64,000 nucleotides of DNA from the human T2T-CHM13v2.0 reference genome, Homo sapiens, in assembly GCF_009914755.1 (NCBI RefSeq), contig NC_060931.1; one strand, given 5' to 3'. This document shows, piece by piece, positions 1 through 16,157 of this stretch. Made by a program: the position numbers and the translations under genes. The notes under the pieces are model-generated. The model did not search any database. It saw only the letters and a list, made by a program, of their open reading frames with translations, and was not told the DNA's origin. The stretch's first letter is position 1. The number at the start of each line of letters is the position of its first letter.

Positions 1-1088
1 TATATTAAAGGAAATGATGTGCACATTGTATATTTAAGAGAAAACTATAATGTTTTCCTGAAAATGGTATTTTCTTGAAAATGGTATTTACATTTGCAAG
101 AAGTTGGTTTTGATTATTGTCAGTGGAGCTTTGGGCTCAGCAATAGCTTTCTGGGCTGTGTTCCAGAATTATTTGAGAGCTATAATTGTGAAAGACTTGG
201 ATTTACAACTTCCTAGGTTATAGATAAAATATTTTTTAAAGTAGATTCTTTTTCTATAAAATATAGTTTGATCTTTAGTGAGATATATTACTAGAGGAAA
301 GTTACCTATTACCTATTCAGAAAAAAATAAAATAATACATTGCTTATTTTTTCCATTATAGCCTGATTTTGAATTCAAGTTTAAATGTATTGTTTGTTAT
401 AAATGTATTTCTAACTGAAGTGATTTTTCAAGATTACTGACTCAATATGTGGGATTATGCAATTTTTGAAGTATTGAGCTCTTCTTGGTAAAAGAAAAAG
501 TTTAATACTTTTTATAATCTCCTTACATGAAGGAAGACAGAATATTCTGAGTTGATATTAATCAAACACAGGAATTATTTTGGTTTTTGGATATTTTAAT
601 CAACATTGAATTGTTTTTTTCTTACATAAAAAGTAAACATTCATTGATACATTATCAACTTCAGTAATATCGAATTCTGTATTTCTATCCAATAGTACAT
701 ATATAATGCCTAACAGTGATTTCTTTGGGCCTCTGTAAGGTCTATAATATTAAATAGAGTTTTCAGTGATTTCCGTTAGGTAGTTAGAGGTTATGTTTTT
801 ATTTATTCTGAAATGATTTCATCAGGATTAAACAAACTTCTGTATGCTTACCTTCCTTAAATGTATTTTATGTAGTCTAGTTTTCAAGACTTTGTACTCT
901 TAGTCATTAAGGTGTCAAAGTCAGTGAGTAGGCTGGTGCCTTTATTATTGAAGATCAGTGATTATAATTGAAGTTTTGAAATTTTAAGTAGCAATGGCAT
1001 TCCAGGAGGAATGATAGCACAGTTACACAGTTAGATGTTTAAGAAAAAAAAAAATACAGTGTGTTATTGAGCAGACTATTAGAAAACT

Positions 1089-1385
1089 GCTGGGCATGGT
1101 GGCTCACACCTGTAATCCCAGCACTTTGGGAGGCTGAGGCGGGTGGATCACGAGGTCAGGAGTTTGAGACCAGCCTGGCCAATATGGTGAAACCTGTGTC
1201 TACTAAAATTACAAAAATATTAGGCGTGGTGGCGTATGCCTGTAGTCCCAGCTACTCAGGAGACTGAGGCAGAAGAATCACTTGAACCCAGGTTGCAGTG
1301 AGCCGAGATCACACCACTGCACTCCAGCCTGGGCAACAGAGCAAGACTCTGTCTCAAAAAAAAAAAAAAAAAAAAAGAAAGAAAG
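1089..1385 (+). mobile_element. Alu (AluS), small deletion in right arm
   Basis: GGTGGCTCACACCTGTAATCCCAGCACTTTGGGAGG...poly(A). Confidence 0.95.
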
Positions 1386-1747
1386 CAAGCTGATGTACAT
1401 ATCAGCAAGCAAGTCTGCCTCTCTTCCTCGTGAAATTCAAAAACTAAGAGCTGTTGGTGCAGGCATTAGTTTTCTGAGGCTGTGGTATTCATTTGCATAA
1501 TCTTCTCACTTTTCCAGTCCTAAAAAATATGTTGTACTCATTAGGCATTTATTGTATGCTTATCATGTACCATTTATCCTGTTAAAAGAAATGAAAGAAA
1601 ATACGGAAATAAAAGATTCTTATACTCTGGATGTAGCAGTGAATAAGAGATTTAAGATTTCCTTTTGCAAGGTGAATCAAACACCCCGAGTGTATGTTAT
1701 GTTGTGTTATGTCATGTCATATCATGTCTACCCTTATAAAGGAAAGC

Positions 1748-2046
1748 TTTTTTTTTTTTGAGATGGTGTCTTGCTGTGTTGCCTAGGCTGGAGTGCAGCG
1801 GTGCAACCATAGCTCACTCTAACCTCAGACTCCTGACTCAAGTGATCTTCCTTGTCTTAGCCTCACAAGTAACTGGGACTGCAGGTACATGCCACCATTC
1901 CCAGCCAATTTTTTAATTTTTTATTTCGTAGAGGTGGTATCTTGCTCTGTTTCCCAGGCTGGTCTTAAACTCCTGGCCTCAAGTGACCCTCTTATCGCAG
2001 CCTTCCAAAGTGATGGAGTTACAGGAGTGAGCTGCTGTGCCCAGCT
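1748..2046 (-). mobile_element. Alu (AluJ-like)
   Basis: poly(T)-GAGATGG...GGAGTGCAG...GGAGTTACAGGAGTGAGC; diverged. Confidence 0.9.
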
Positions 2047-2099
2047 AAAGGAGGGCTTTTGAGCATTGAAATGAATCATTGCTTTCTAATTCTATAATT

Positions 2100-3560
<1,461 letters not shown>

Positions 3561-3687
3561 TATCTACAAAATAATTTGCTGGCTAATTCCGTAACTCTTA
3601 ATGAGGTGTTTGTTTGCTTAATCAGTATTCTAATATTTAGCAGTGTTTCCACATACTTATGAAATTCTTGTTTTCTAAAGGGTGACT

Positions 3688-4048
3688 GAAAAGGTTTGGC
3701 TGAGTCCCTACCCAAATCTCATCTCGAATTGTAGTTCCCATAATCTTCACGTGGGAGGGACCTGGTGGGAGGTAATTCAACCATAGGGGTTGTTACCCTC
3801 ATGCTGTTCTTACGATCGTGATTTCACATGAGATCTGGTGGTTTTATAAGGGGCCTTTCCCCCTTTTACTCACTCACTTCTCTTCCTGCTGCTATGTGAA
3901 GGATGTGTTTGCCTCTCCTGCCATGATTGTAAGTTTCCTGAGGCCTCCCCAGCCATGCTGAACTGTGAATCAGTTAAACCTCTTTCCTTTATAAGTTACC
4001 CAGTCTCAGGTATGTCTTTAATTAACAACATGAGAACAAACTGATAGT
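3688..4048 (+). mobile_element. THE1-type MaLR solo LTR
   Basis: GGTTTGGCTGAGTCCCTACCCAAATCTCATC...CAGTTAAACCTCTTTCCTTTATAAGTTACCCAGTCTCAGGTATGTC. Confidence 0.85.
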
Positions 4049-4784
4049 CACAGTATAAATGGCAAATTACTATTTTCTCAGTTTGCACCACGCTATTCAA
4101 GCCAGCCTCAGGCAATCCATCCCTTTCAAATTCCTCCCAGTTCATCCTGGGATATGTAGGGAGGACCTTTCAGCTATAATCTTTGACCTATGGCTCCTGG
4201 ATTCTACAGGAACTCTTATCATTTTCCTCTTTTCTCACTATGGCTCACAGTGGCGATGTCTTCTAAAGCTGTTGACGTTAGAGGTGGCATAGCTTCTGCC
4301 ACTGCCCACCACCCACCACAGACATGCTGATACTGCTGATGCCCAGGCTTGAATTTGCTGTGTCTATCTTGTGGCCTTGAAGAGTTGCTTGTGATGTTCT
4401 CCATGTCAAGCTGAGGGTGCCATCCTGGGCCACATAATAAATTTATCTTGTGCTGCTGGCTCAAGTTCTGGTGGCTTGTGCTCTCACAGTCCCACAGAGA
4501 CTTTTGTGAAACAATTTTTTGGGGGGGCTTACTTGTTTGTTAGCAGTGCCCTTGTGCCCTATTTCAGTCCAAGTCCAGATGGGCTGGGCTAAGTGACACC
4601 ATACTCAGAAACATAGTTCTTAGGCTTGTACTTTGTTTTTAATCCAAGCTGTGTACATTGATACCCTGTAGCCCCACCTTGAGAGGTGTCTAGAAAAGCC
4701 TCATTTCTAGGTGAGCACATCTAAAGTTCAGTCAGTACTCTTGTTGGCCCATAGCAGACACTTTAAATATTTTCATTTACTGTC

Positions 4785-4950
4785 TTTTTTTGAAAAAAAG
4801 TGTGATTGACACATAATAATTGAATGTAATTATGGGGTACAACATGTTTCAATACATGTATACGTTGTGTACATGATTGAATCAGGGTAATTAGCATATC
4901 CATGACTTTAAACATTTATTATTTCTTTGTGCTGAGAACATTCAGCACAA
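4785..4950 (-). mobile_element. L1MA 3' end fragment
   Basis: ATTGACACATAATAATTG...ATGGGGTACA...AATCAGGGTAATTAGCATATCCAT. Confidence 0.7.
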
Positions 4951-5059
4951 CACTAACATTTAAAAATATTCATTGTTTCCTGTTTGGATGGTGGAGAATC
5001 TTTAGTTGCGGTTCTCTCCAGGTAGATATTCTTGATTTCACTTTTTTGTATTGTATTAA

Positions 5060-5275
5060 GAGTCTAGTGTTCAAGTAGGCTGAATTTAGTTTGAATCTCA
5101 GCTTCCTCGCTGGTAGTGTGATTGTGGCACATTTCTAGATTTCTGGGGAACTCAATCTCCTTATCTGTGAAATTGATGGAAAACACATCTCATAGGGATT
5201 GCGTGAGGATTAGAGATATATGTTAAGTGTATTGGGATATATGTTAAGTGTATTGGGCACTTGCTAGTACTGGTT
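5060..5275. mobile_element. MIR fragment carrying a perfect 2x21-bp tandem duplication (5216-5257)
   Basis: TTTGAATCTCAGCT...CTCAATCTCCTTATCTGTGAAATTG...CTCATAGGGATTGCGTGAGGATTA. Confidence 0.65.
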
Positions 5276-7290
5276 ATGTAGCAGTAACGTTGACCTCTCT
5301 GAGTTGGTTGTATCACTTATTAACTATCAGTAAATAAAGGAATCCCTCCTGTTACTTGGCTTCAAGGATCTGTGCTCAGAGGCAACTCTGTTGCGGATCA
5401 ATTTCCTTAAAGCCTCTCTGGGAAGATGTCTGCTTCTGTAAGTATCACATCAACACTCTACAAGTGACTTGCATACTCTAGGTAGCCTCTCCTCTAAGTT
5501 AGGTTATTTTAGACAGTTTTTTTTTTTTTAATGCAGCAGTCAGAAGACTGTAGGTAACAAAAACAAAACAAAACATTCCATGGAGCCCAGCTTCTCTGTA
5601 AATTTTCTGGACCTCATTTTGGTTACTAAAAAAAATGGGAGTAATGAGCCAGGTGATCTTTTAATAACTCGTTTGTGTTTAAAAAATTCATTATTCTGTA
5701 AGAGAAGAACTGTTAGGCTCAATTTTGTATTTTAGGCAGGTGGCTTCCATATATCTAGGATGTATTCTGGTATTTCTGGTGTGGAATTAATTAAGCATTC
5801 AGGAGAAATTCAGTATAGGTCAAAGTTTGGGAATTGACCAAGCAGCTTTCAGCCCCTTTTGGTTTTGGTCTGCAAACATTTTCATTACGTTTTAAAAATG
5901 AATACTTGTGATATCCACTTGCAAATCAAATTCTTCATTTTAAGCTGTTTGCCAGTGTATTATCTGTTGTGATTTTGTCAGTTGTAACTTTTTAGAAGAA
6001 TATTACTTTGAATTGTTGATGTAGTCCATTATGTTCTTCAGACCATTATAAAAATCTGTTTTATTAAGGAGAGTATTTTGGTAAAACAATTTGAGTATTT
6101 CCTAAGGAAGGCAAAAAGTATATTTTTTATATTCTTTCCATTTAATTCCATTATTTGGTGCTAGTTCTAATTTTTAGAAAAAAAAATGTCCTGGTAACTA
6201 ATGTAATAGTTGGCATTGTGTAGTACGATATCTTGCAGTCTTCTCCAGAACACCAAATTTCCACAAACCAAGTGGCTCCCTAGTTAATCACATCTAAGAA
6301 GTGCCAAATGGAAGTAAGTTAACAGACTTTTAAAATATAGTACTCTTTTGAATCTTTGATACACTAAGTGAATTGTGAATCCTCAAAAAGAAAGTAGAGT
6401 ATACACCTACTAAACTACCTAGCCTGGTATTCAAAGAACAGATGTTGAGATTCTTCATGATATTAGTGTTCCAAGGATATGGTTTGTGAGAAGCTCATTA
6501 TATAGTACTTTGTAGTTTATAAAGTACTGTTGCATTATTACCTTATTTGTTTCTCACAACCCTTTTACGTATTGTTTTACTGGTCAGGTACATGAGCATC
6601 TGAGAAATTGTTGCTGCATATTGAAGGCACATACTTATTTACTTGGAGATTAATTTGTGTTAAGGAAATTAGAATCTTATATCAGCAACAGTATTTTTTT
6701 GATAAGCATTTTAGGAGTTAATTGAGTACAGCTCTGGTGATTACAGAGAAATCTGTTAGAAGTTGTTGACACAAAGAATGAGTTTTAAAAATATCAACTA
6801 TTTTACCACTGGGCATGCTAGTGAAATTTTCCACTCAATTATGTTTGTGTCATAATTGTTTGTGTCAAACAAAGAATTTCTTTAAATGTCATATATTTTT
6901 AGCAGTGCATTATGCATTATGGCTGTGCAATATAAACTCTCTTAGTTTTTATTAAATTTAAATGTGTGTTAGCCTGTAATGTTATCGTTAATGCTGTGCT
7001 TGTTTCTAAAGTGGGAGCTCCACAACTCAAAATACTCTGAATCATAGACTAATAGGAAGTTGAGTCCAAAGAGATTTTTTTTAGCATCCCTTGGTTTATA
7101 CTCCTCTTCAAAAAGCTGAAATTACCCCTGAAACTACTGGATCATGGAATTATACAGTATGATTGAAAGTCACTGGAAAGATGCTCAGTTTTTTATTTAC
7201 TGGTAGATACTTATACAGTGCTTACCATTTGCTACCCTATGTCCTAAAGGATCTATAAATACCAGGTTATTTAATAGTTATCGAGTGTCT

Positions 7291-7632
7291 GTGCTGTGGA
7301 CTGAATGTGTCCCTCCGAAATTGTATGTTGAAGCCCTAACCCACAGTGTGATGGCATTTGGAGGTGGGGCATTTGGGAGGTAATTGGGTTGGAATGAGGT
7401 CATGGAATGGAGTCCTCATGATGGGCATGAAGGGACCTTGAGTTCTCTTTATCATGTCTGGATTCAGCAAGTAAGTGACTGGCTGTAAACCAGGAAGAGG
7501 GCCCTCACCAAGAACCTGACCATGTTGGCAATTTGATCTGAGACTTCTAGTTTCCAGAACTATCAGAAATAAGTGCTTGTTGTTTAGGCCACCCAGTCTG
7601 TGATACTCTCTTACAGCAACCCAGACTAAGAT
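7291..7632 (+). mobile_element. MLT1 (MaLR) solo LTR
   Basis: TGCTGTGGACTGAATGTGTCCC...GTTGAAGCCCTAACCC...CCACCCAGTCTGTGATAC...CAGACTAAGA. Confidence 0.8.
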
Positions 7633-9247
7633 AATCTGCTCCTGTGCCAGGTAGTTAGCCTGGTCTTTAAGGCATTTTATGAAATTCTACAGCACCTCAC
7701 TGAAGAAGTTTGTATTATTTTACTCATTTTATAGATGAAGAAACAGATACTCTTCTAGAAATGTGCTTCTCAAACTGAAGGTACACAGCTGTATGGCAAG
7801 GTTAATACAAGCAACAGGAAAAGAACTATCCTACATCTTTACGATTTGGCTTTGTTGCTGCACAAGCAAAATCAGCTGAATTCTTTTCAGCTTTATATTT
7901 TCGAAGAGAAAGTTGTTCTTGGAGCTTAACATTTCAGTACCAGTGGAAAATCTCTCCACCTACGAAGAAACCCTCCTTGGGTTGAAGGCATACTTTGAAC
8001 AGCTCCTTGAGGTTGGGGAATAGATGGTTAAGATACATACCTGGGATAAGTAATAAAATGGTCCTTATTCAGCCACACACTGGGATTTGGTGTGGCTGAG
8101 CACAATGGATGGGTTTTGAGACATCCTGTGGGAAGAGATTTAAGAGAGTTGAGGTGGCCTTCAGTGAAGAGAAACCGCAAGGAAGAATGGAAGTGTGTGG
8201 GTAATATTGATAGGTTTCTGCTCTGCATTGTTTGATGTTAATCTTATTCTTGTCTTCCCACAAAATCTTTAAAGTGTTTGCTTTAAAAAATAATTTGTAA
8301 AACTGGGTTTGTTTTAGGGAATGTGGCCAAGTACTGATGATAGATTCAAGGAAGACTTAGAGGACTTGCTGAGACACCCAAGGGAGGCTGACACCCCTGG
8401 GTTTCATCTGTCTATCTGGGACTTGTGTTGATTTCCTCTGGCAGTATATGTGTCAGTTCTCTTTTATATAGCATCTGAAGGTTTTACATGTTTGAAATAC
8501 ATTGAAATACAGAATGGTCCCTATCCCCCAGGACCCCTCAATATTTTATTTAAGCTACATAATTTTACTTTTGTAATCATCTTTATCCTACACCTCAGCA
8601 TACATACTACTAGCCCTTCTGTGGGTAGGCTCATACCTGTTTACCAAATGCAGGTGTCTTCTGAACAGTAATGAGTTCTTACACCTTGCTTGATCTCTAC
8701 ATGTCCTCTTAATAAGATGGTCTGTTCGTAGTAGATTCTCCATCACTCCATTGTGTGTTTAGCGAACTCTTCACTGTTGGCACATTAATTATATTCAACT
8801 GAAATTCACTTACATAACTACTTAGCTCAAACCAGTAACACATATTTGAGAAACTGAGCATTTTGAGTCCAAGTTCTGTGTTTTACATTAAATTAAACAT
8901 ATGTGAAGATAGTTTTAGCCCATTATTGTTGAATTTTGAGATATTTAGAGACAGTAGTTTTCCTTTTGTCTTTTTGCCTACCTCATAGTCAGAGTATGAA
9001 TTCTGTTGCATATAATCCACATGTTGATACTAATTCATTAATCAGTATTCTTTAGAGTTGCCCCACAAGGTGCAAACCTACGTAAACTGGAGGCCAGCCT
9101 TGTATTCTTGTATTGAACATAAGAATATCATGCGGCATATTGTAAAAGCATCACTGAGATTACACTGCTCTAGGCCTCAGATATGGTCCATGCCTTTTTT
9201 CTTGTGTCTAATAGTCTTATCAAAACAGAACTGACCTTTTTTAGTGA

Positions 9248-9652
<405 letters not shown>

Positions 9653-9676
9653 TGCTTTCTTTTTTTCTTGCTTTCC

Positions 9677-9934
9677 TTTTTTTCTTTTTTTTTGAGACGG
9701 AATCTTGCTCTGTCGCCCAGGCTGGAGTGCAGTGGTGTAATCTCGGCTCACTGCAAGCTCCGCCTCCTGGGTTATGCCATTCTCCTGCCATAGCCTCCCT
9801 AGTAGCTGGGACTACAGGCGCCCACCACCACACCCGGCTAATTTTTTTGTATTTTTAGCAGAGACGGGGTTTCACCGTGTTAGCCAGGATGGTCTTGATC
9901 TCCTGACCTCGTGATCTGCCTGCCTTGGCCTCCC
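9677..9934 (-). mobile_element. AluY, 5'-truncated, directly adjacent to the previous Alu
   Basis: AluY-type CTGCAAGCTCCGCCTCC and CACCGTGTTAGCCAGGATGG. Confidence 0.9.
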
Positions 9935-12900
9935 CACTTTCTTTTTGAGTACTCACATTTTACTTTTTAATGAGTTGTCTTCAGAATTGGCAGAAGTTGA
10001 CTCTAGACTTTACCTAATTTTATCACTGCCTCTTTTAATTTGGGGCATTTATCCATCTCTGCTCTTCTCTAACATCCTCCATGATTTCTCAAATTTCCTT
10101 TGATGAGTTTACAAAGATACCAGTAATTGGAGAAGCAAAAATGATGATTTAATAATAGCTGATTGACATTTCAGAGCATTAGTATACCACTTACTTCTTT
10201 ACTCGACCTTTTTAATAGCAATGGAGAGGCATTGGAAAAAAGGATATATGAAAAGTTAGAAAATACGCCTATGAGAAAAAGCTAAAGATGACATTATTTG
10301 TCTCCAAAAAAGAGAAAGCTCAGACTTTATATGTGAGGATGTATTGTAGTAGCCAGCTCTTTTGTATGTTCCACCAAGACCGAACTGAAGGGAATTGATT
10401 TAGGCTGCATTATTAAGGGATGTATATTGAGTATTAATAGGAGTTTTATGATTCTGAATATTGTTCATCTCTGGAGGGACTTTTTGGTAGAAGTTGTGAT
10501 TTCTCTCCCCTCTTAAATCTCTAAAAATAACATCAATTTTCATCTCTCAGTAATGTTGTACAGTGCTCCCAAAGGCTAAAAGAGATATTAGGTGACCTTT
10601 CAAGTCCTTTCTTGCTCAGTGACTTTGTCTTTTCACAGATCTCACTCCACAGCTAGAGATCTGTTGCATTAGATTCACTTTTGTTCTTTCTTTGTCATTT
10701 AAAGGGCTGTTAACATTCCATCATGAATCTGCTAATGGAAGGGTGACCCTGCAGTTTAATATACTATCCTAGTGTAAAAATAAAACTCCACTTTGTATGT
10801 TTATGTAAAATACAGATGCTTTATGTGGTATTTCAGTTATTTAAAAAACATGAGATATTTGATAAATTATTTTTAAAGACAGTCTTTATTTTCAGTTTAC
10901 CTTCAGAGTTTTGGCAGAATGTTTTCTCTTTCTCTTGTGAAATTGAACATACTGTGCATTTATTTTTATTTTTTCATTCAAGCACTTTATTTCTAGTTCT
11001 TTTAGTTAACATATTCTGTAACTAGAAGTAGTTTTTAGTATAATAGTTTTTAAAAACTAGATTACCAAAGAACAAATGCTATTTGAGAATATAATCTCTC
11101 AAAATTTCTGATTTGGAAATAAATCATAGATAAAAAATCAAGGTTAATATGTAAAATACTTTGATAGCAGTTACTGTACCATTTGGACAATATTATCTCG
11201 TTTGATCTTTGTTACTTTTACTTCGTTGAGAACTAAATACAGAGAGGGTATATTAATATAAAACCTTGGACTCCTAGATCTCAGCTTACAAATAGGGATT
11301 TTGGGCAATTTGCTTAATCTTTGTTTATTAAACCTCAGTTTTACCATTTATAGTCTAGCATGGTAATGGCACAGTGCTTGTTTAGATTGCTGGAAAAATA
11401 AATACAGAATCCTTAGCATAGTGTTTGTCACATAGTAAGAGCTATAAAGATTATTATTTTTATGCATTAACAACAGATTACATTTTGCTTACTACCATTC
11501 ACTAGGCATTATGCTAAGCAGTGAGCATATAAGGACAAAAATATTTCATTCTTTGCACTGGGGAATCTTTCATCCTTGTATTGGAAACATAGGTAGAAAC
11601 ATGTAATTGTGATATGAGTGCTCATAGACATGCAGTCTTCCAGAAAGTAGAGTTGGATAATAATTTGATTGTTGGAGAAAACAGAATTTCGAAATTGTTT
11701 AAAAAAACAGAGGGGGTTACTATTTCTTTAGATTGTTCTCATTTTAGCAAAATAGATTGATACATTATTCTTACAAATAATCATAAAGTAGACATAAACA
11801 GTTTTCCTTTGCTTGAATATAAATGTGTTTAGAAGATAGTTGGAGGAACTGGAGAGCCTCTTAGTTCCATTTACATACTGATATTAATATTCTAAGTTGA
11901 TTTTAGGATTACTCACATTCAATTTATATTCTAATGTTGTTTATTTAACTCTACATGTGATAATTTACTTTTAGTCCCTTAAAATGACATGGGTGCTTTG
12001 GCAATAATATCTATATTTATAAAGTTACTTTCAGTTTGATATCTCCCACCTCTCACTAATACTACTGTCATAGATTGGGGATGAAATGTTACAAATGAAT
12101 CTTCTACATGTAATACATGTGTATACCTGTGGTTCTTAAAAATGATTTGCTGCAGCTTCCCAAGCAGGTTCCAGGTGCTCTTCCCTTTTTAGTCTTTAGA
12201 TTTATAAGTTGACAAGATGTATAAAGCACTTTTGTCATTTGAGGCTTATTTGTCATGATTAGAGTATATTACCTGAGATGTCAAACAGCCTGTGAGAGCT
12301 GATGAGGTGACTGTCATCATTATAAATAATAGCCAGTGAGAGTGAGTGGGTTAATGGATTGCCATTTCCTGGTAGTGTTTAAGAAGCTAAGGTCACCTGA
12401 GAACCATTGGTGGTTTCATAGACTTCTTAGAGTTGGAAAGAAACTTGGAGTTACCCCTTCAGCCTCACAGCTAAGATAAGAATGACCTTTTTCTACATCT
12501 CTGACTAATGGACATCCAGACTCGAACACTGCACATGGATGCATGGAAGAAAGACAAGAAAGTTTTTCCTTGCAATGCTCAGCATTATGTGGAATGTAGA
12601 CATTTGTAGCGTCTGTAGTATGTATAGCAGGAGGCGTATGCAGTTAGGTTCACTTTTCTGTGCTTAAGATGGTGGTCAGTGTCACAAAAGTGAAGATGGA
12701 GTCAGAAGTCTGGCAAAGGAAAAGATTTTCGTATTTTACTTCACCTGGAGTAGTAGCTCCCATCCTGCCAGACCCGATGCTCACTTTTGTAATATAATTT
12801 TAATGCCCCCTATAATATTCCGAAACAAAATTTATAGATAATAGTAACCTATTTTCATATATTTACTAAAAACCACTATAATATGCCCATCTGCAATATA

Positions 12901-13686
12901 TTAGAGAAATAAAAGTAATTTATCCCGTTTTTCAGTATGTAAATGCTCAGCCACAACTGTGTCTTTATAAAAGTTGGATGCTTGTTTCCTTATATAGAAT
13001 CATTTATAGTTCACTGTACATGCAAACTGCAATAGATGTGCCATTGAGAATATGGCATGCAGAAATGGTGTTCAACTTTACTGAAATTTCCAAATGACAA
13101 GGATTACAGTCTTCTCTCTTTTATGCAGTAGTTGCATTGCTGGAAAAAGTCAACACATATCAAAATCATGCAAAAAAAGTCTTTGTGTTTATGTGGAAAA
13201 TTGAATTAGGTAGTAGATTCAGATATTATAAAGTTACGATTTTTCACCAACAAAATATAGGTCATTAGCAAATTGTGCAGGACATGGAAAGTACTCTGTT
13301 GATGGGATTCTTCTGTATATCACAGTAGTATACCCAACCACACCAATGACCAAAAATGTTCCCACAAATTCCCATTAAACTGTTCCTGGGCTAGCGCTAT
13401 CCTTTTTGAGAATCATTGCCCTTAGCTGACTCCATGAGAACTTCAACTTGCAACTTGAAGCCCTAGGTGCTGCCTCAGACTAGAGAATATACAAGAAATG
13501 GCATTTGACAGGTGCTCTAGAAATCTCTAGTCATGTACTTAACCCTCTTTTTACTCATTTACTCGGTTTTTAAAAGATTACTGTGAAATGTATTAGAAAC
13601 AAGCCCCCCCATGCATACAAAGGCCATAACTAGAACATCTGATTCACTTAAAAATTCCGACAAAATATACATAATATTCACCATTT

Positions 13687-13996
<310 letters not shown>

Positions 13997-14984
13997 ATTA
14001 TTTTTAAGTGTACAGTTCAGTGGCATTAAGTACAGTCACATTGTTGTTCACCATCACCAGTGTCCATCTCTGGGACTTCTACATCATCCCAAATTAAAAC
14101 TCTTTACCAATTAAATAATAAATCCCCATTGCTTCTTCATTCCCAGCTCCTGACAACCACTATCCTACGTTTCTAAAAATTTACCCTACTGGTTTGACTA
14201 AAAATATTTTATTACAGGTTTTTCTTTTTGATGATGTTAGGTTGACTGTCTTTTTATGTTACAGGACCTATATATTGCCTCTGTTGCCAGAAACTTACGC
14301 TTCATTTTGTTTCTTTAATGTTGCTTGTTCTGTCCCTTAAATGTAACTAATAATATTCTAATTACTCTTCTTTCTGTACTTCTGTCCCTGATTCTTTTGA
14401 TTTTGTCATAAACTATGATTTTCCCCTTTAAAATGTTCTTAGATTTAAAATAGGGGGTAAGAACTGTGTCTTGACAGATGACAATTGTAGTTAGATTCCG
14501 TAGTCTACACGTGGCTTTTGCGGTGGTTTTCCATCCACTTGCCTCTGCTCTCTTTAATAAAGTTCTGTTGTGACTGTTAAAAGGCCTAAAACCTTTTAAC
14601 GTTTGCAAGTTGGAGACTTACAGGCTAAAATTTCCTCCTGAGGGAATCCTTTTGTATTTCTAGTATCATTTTAAAGTAATAGACATGTATCATTTTCTCA
14701 TATCAAACACCACCCCTATCTATTAGGTAAAATCTTTGGACTTCTATTTTATATAAAATCAGTAGTCTTTCAGCAAATTGTGTATTCAGAAATGCTACAC
14801 AATAGAAGAGGAGGTGGAATGAAGGTTCCATTTAGGAACAGTTTGCTCTTAGCAAGTAACCAGGTGTTAGTGTTTCAGGATGACTTCATGGAAGGGAAGT
14901 CATTGAAATGTCTATAATCAGGTTTTTAAGTGTCATTCCCAAATCATCTTGTTGATTATTGATTACCAAATTTTATTAACTTTT

Positions 14985-15740
14985 AAAGACAGTTTTATTG
15001 AGATATAATTCACCAAAAATCATTAAAGTATATTTCCATAATTTTCAAGTTTAGGCATAATGTCGTGCAGCCATTACCATAATCAATTTTGGAATATTTA
15101 TATTACCACCAAAAATTTCATGACCGTTACCAGTCACTTCTCATTTCCCACAAAACCCACACCCTTACTCAACCACTGGTCTACGTTCTGTCTCTATAGA
15201 TTTGACATTTCTGGACATTTCGTATAAATGGAATCATATAATACGATCTTTGGATTCTTTCACTGAGCATAATAATGTTCATAAGGTTCCTCTACATTGT
15301 CACATGTATCAGTACTTTGTTCTTTTTCATAGCTGAGTAATTCCATTGTACAGACGGGCTACATTGTTTACCTCTTTATCCGTTGATGGACAGTTGTCTT
15401 GTTTCCACCATTTTGCTATTATGATGCTGCTATAAACATTCATGTACAACTTTTTGCCTGTGAGTATATTTCATTTTTGTTGTGTATGTATGTAGGATTG
15501 AGTGTTTAACCTTTTGAATAAATGCCAGAGTGTTTTCCAAAGTGGTTGTACCATTTACATTCCTAGCAAGCAGTGTATGAAGATTCCATAATTCTTCTAC
15601 ATTTCAGCAATACTTGGATTGTCTACCTTTTTATTATGGCCATCCTAGTGGGTGTGAAGTAGTACCTTTATTGTGGTTTTGATTTCCATTTCCCTGATGA
15701 CTAATGTTATTGATCATCTTTTCATGTTTATTAACCTCTC
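14985..15740 (-). mobile_element. L1MB-like 3' fragment
   Basis: TTTTATTGAGATATAATTCAC...GGACATTTCGTATAAATGGAATCAT...CATCCTAGTGGGTGTGAAGTAGTACC. Confidence 0.75.
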
Positions 15741-15776
15741 TGAAAACTCAAGTGTACAAAATCCCTAATGGAGGCC

Positions 15777-16157
15777 TTATTAGTCCATTCCTGCACTGCT
15801 ATCAAGAAATACCTGAGACTGGGTAGTTTATAAAGAAAAGAGTTTTAATTGGCTCACAGTTCTGCAGGCAGTACAAGAAGCATGGCTGGGAGGCATCAGG
15901 AAACTTTCAGTTATGGTAGAACACGAAGGGGAAGCAGGTATGTCTTGCATGACTGGAGTAGGAGGAAGAGAGAGGCGGGAGGTGATATATACTTGTAAGA
16001 AACCAGATCTCAGATAACTCACTCACTATCACCAGAACAGCACCAAAGGGGAAATCTACCCCCATGATGCAGTCACCTTCCACCAGCTCCACTTCCAACA
16101 TTAGGGATTACAATTTGTCATGAGATTTGGCTGGGGACACAGACCCAAACCATATTA
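15777..16157 (-). mobile_element. MST (MaLR) solo LTR
   Basis: TATTAGTCCATTCCTGCACTGCTAT...GGCTCACAGTTCTGCAGGC...GGGGACACAGACCCAAACCATAT. Confidence 0.85.
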
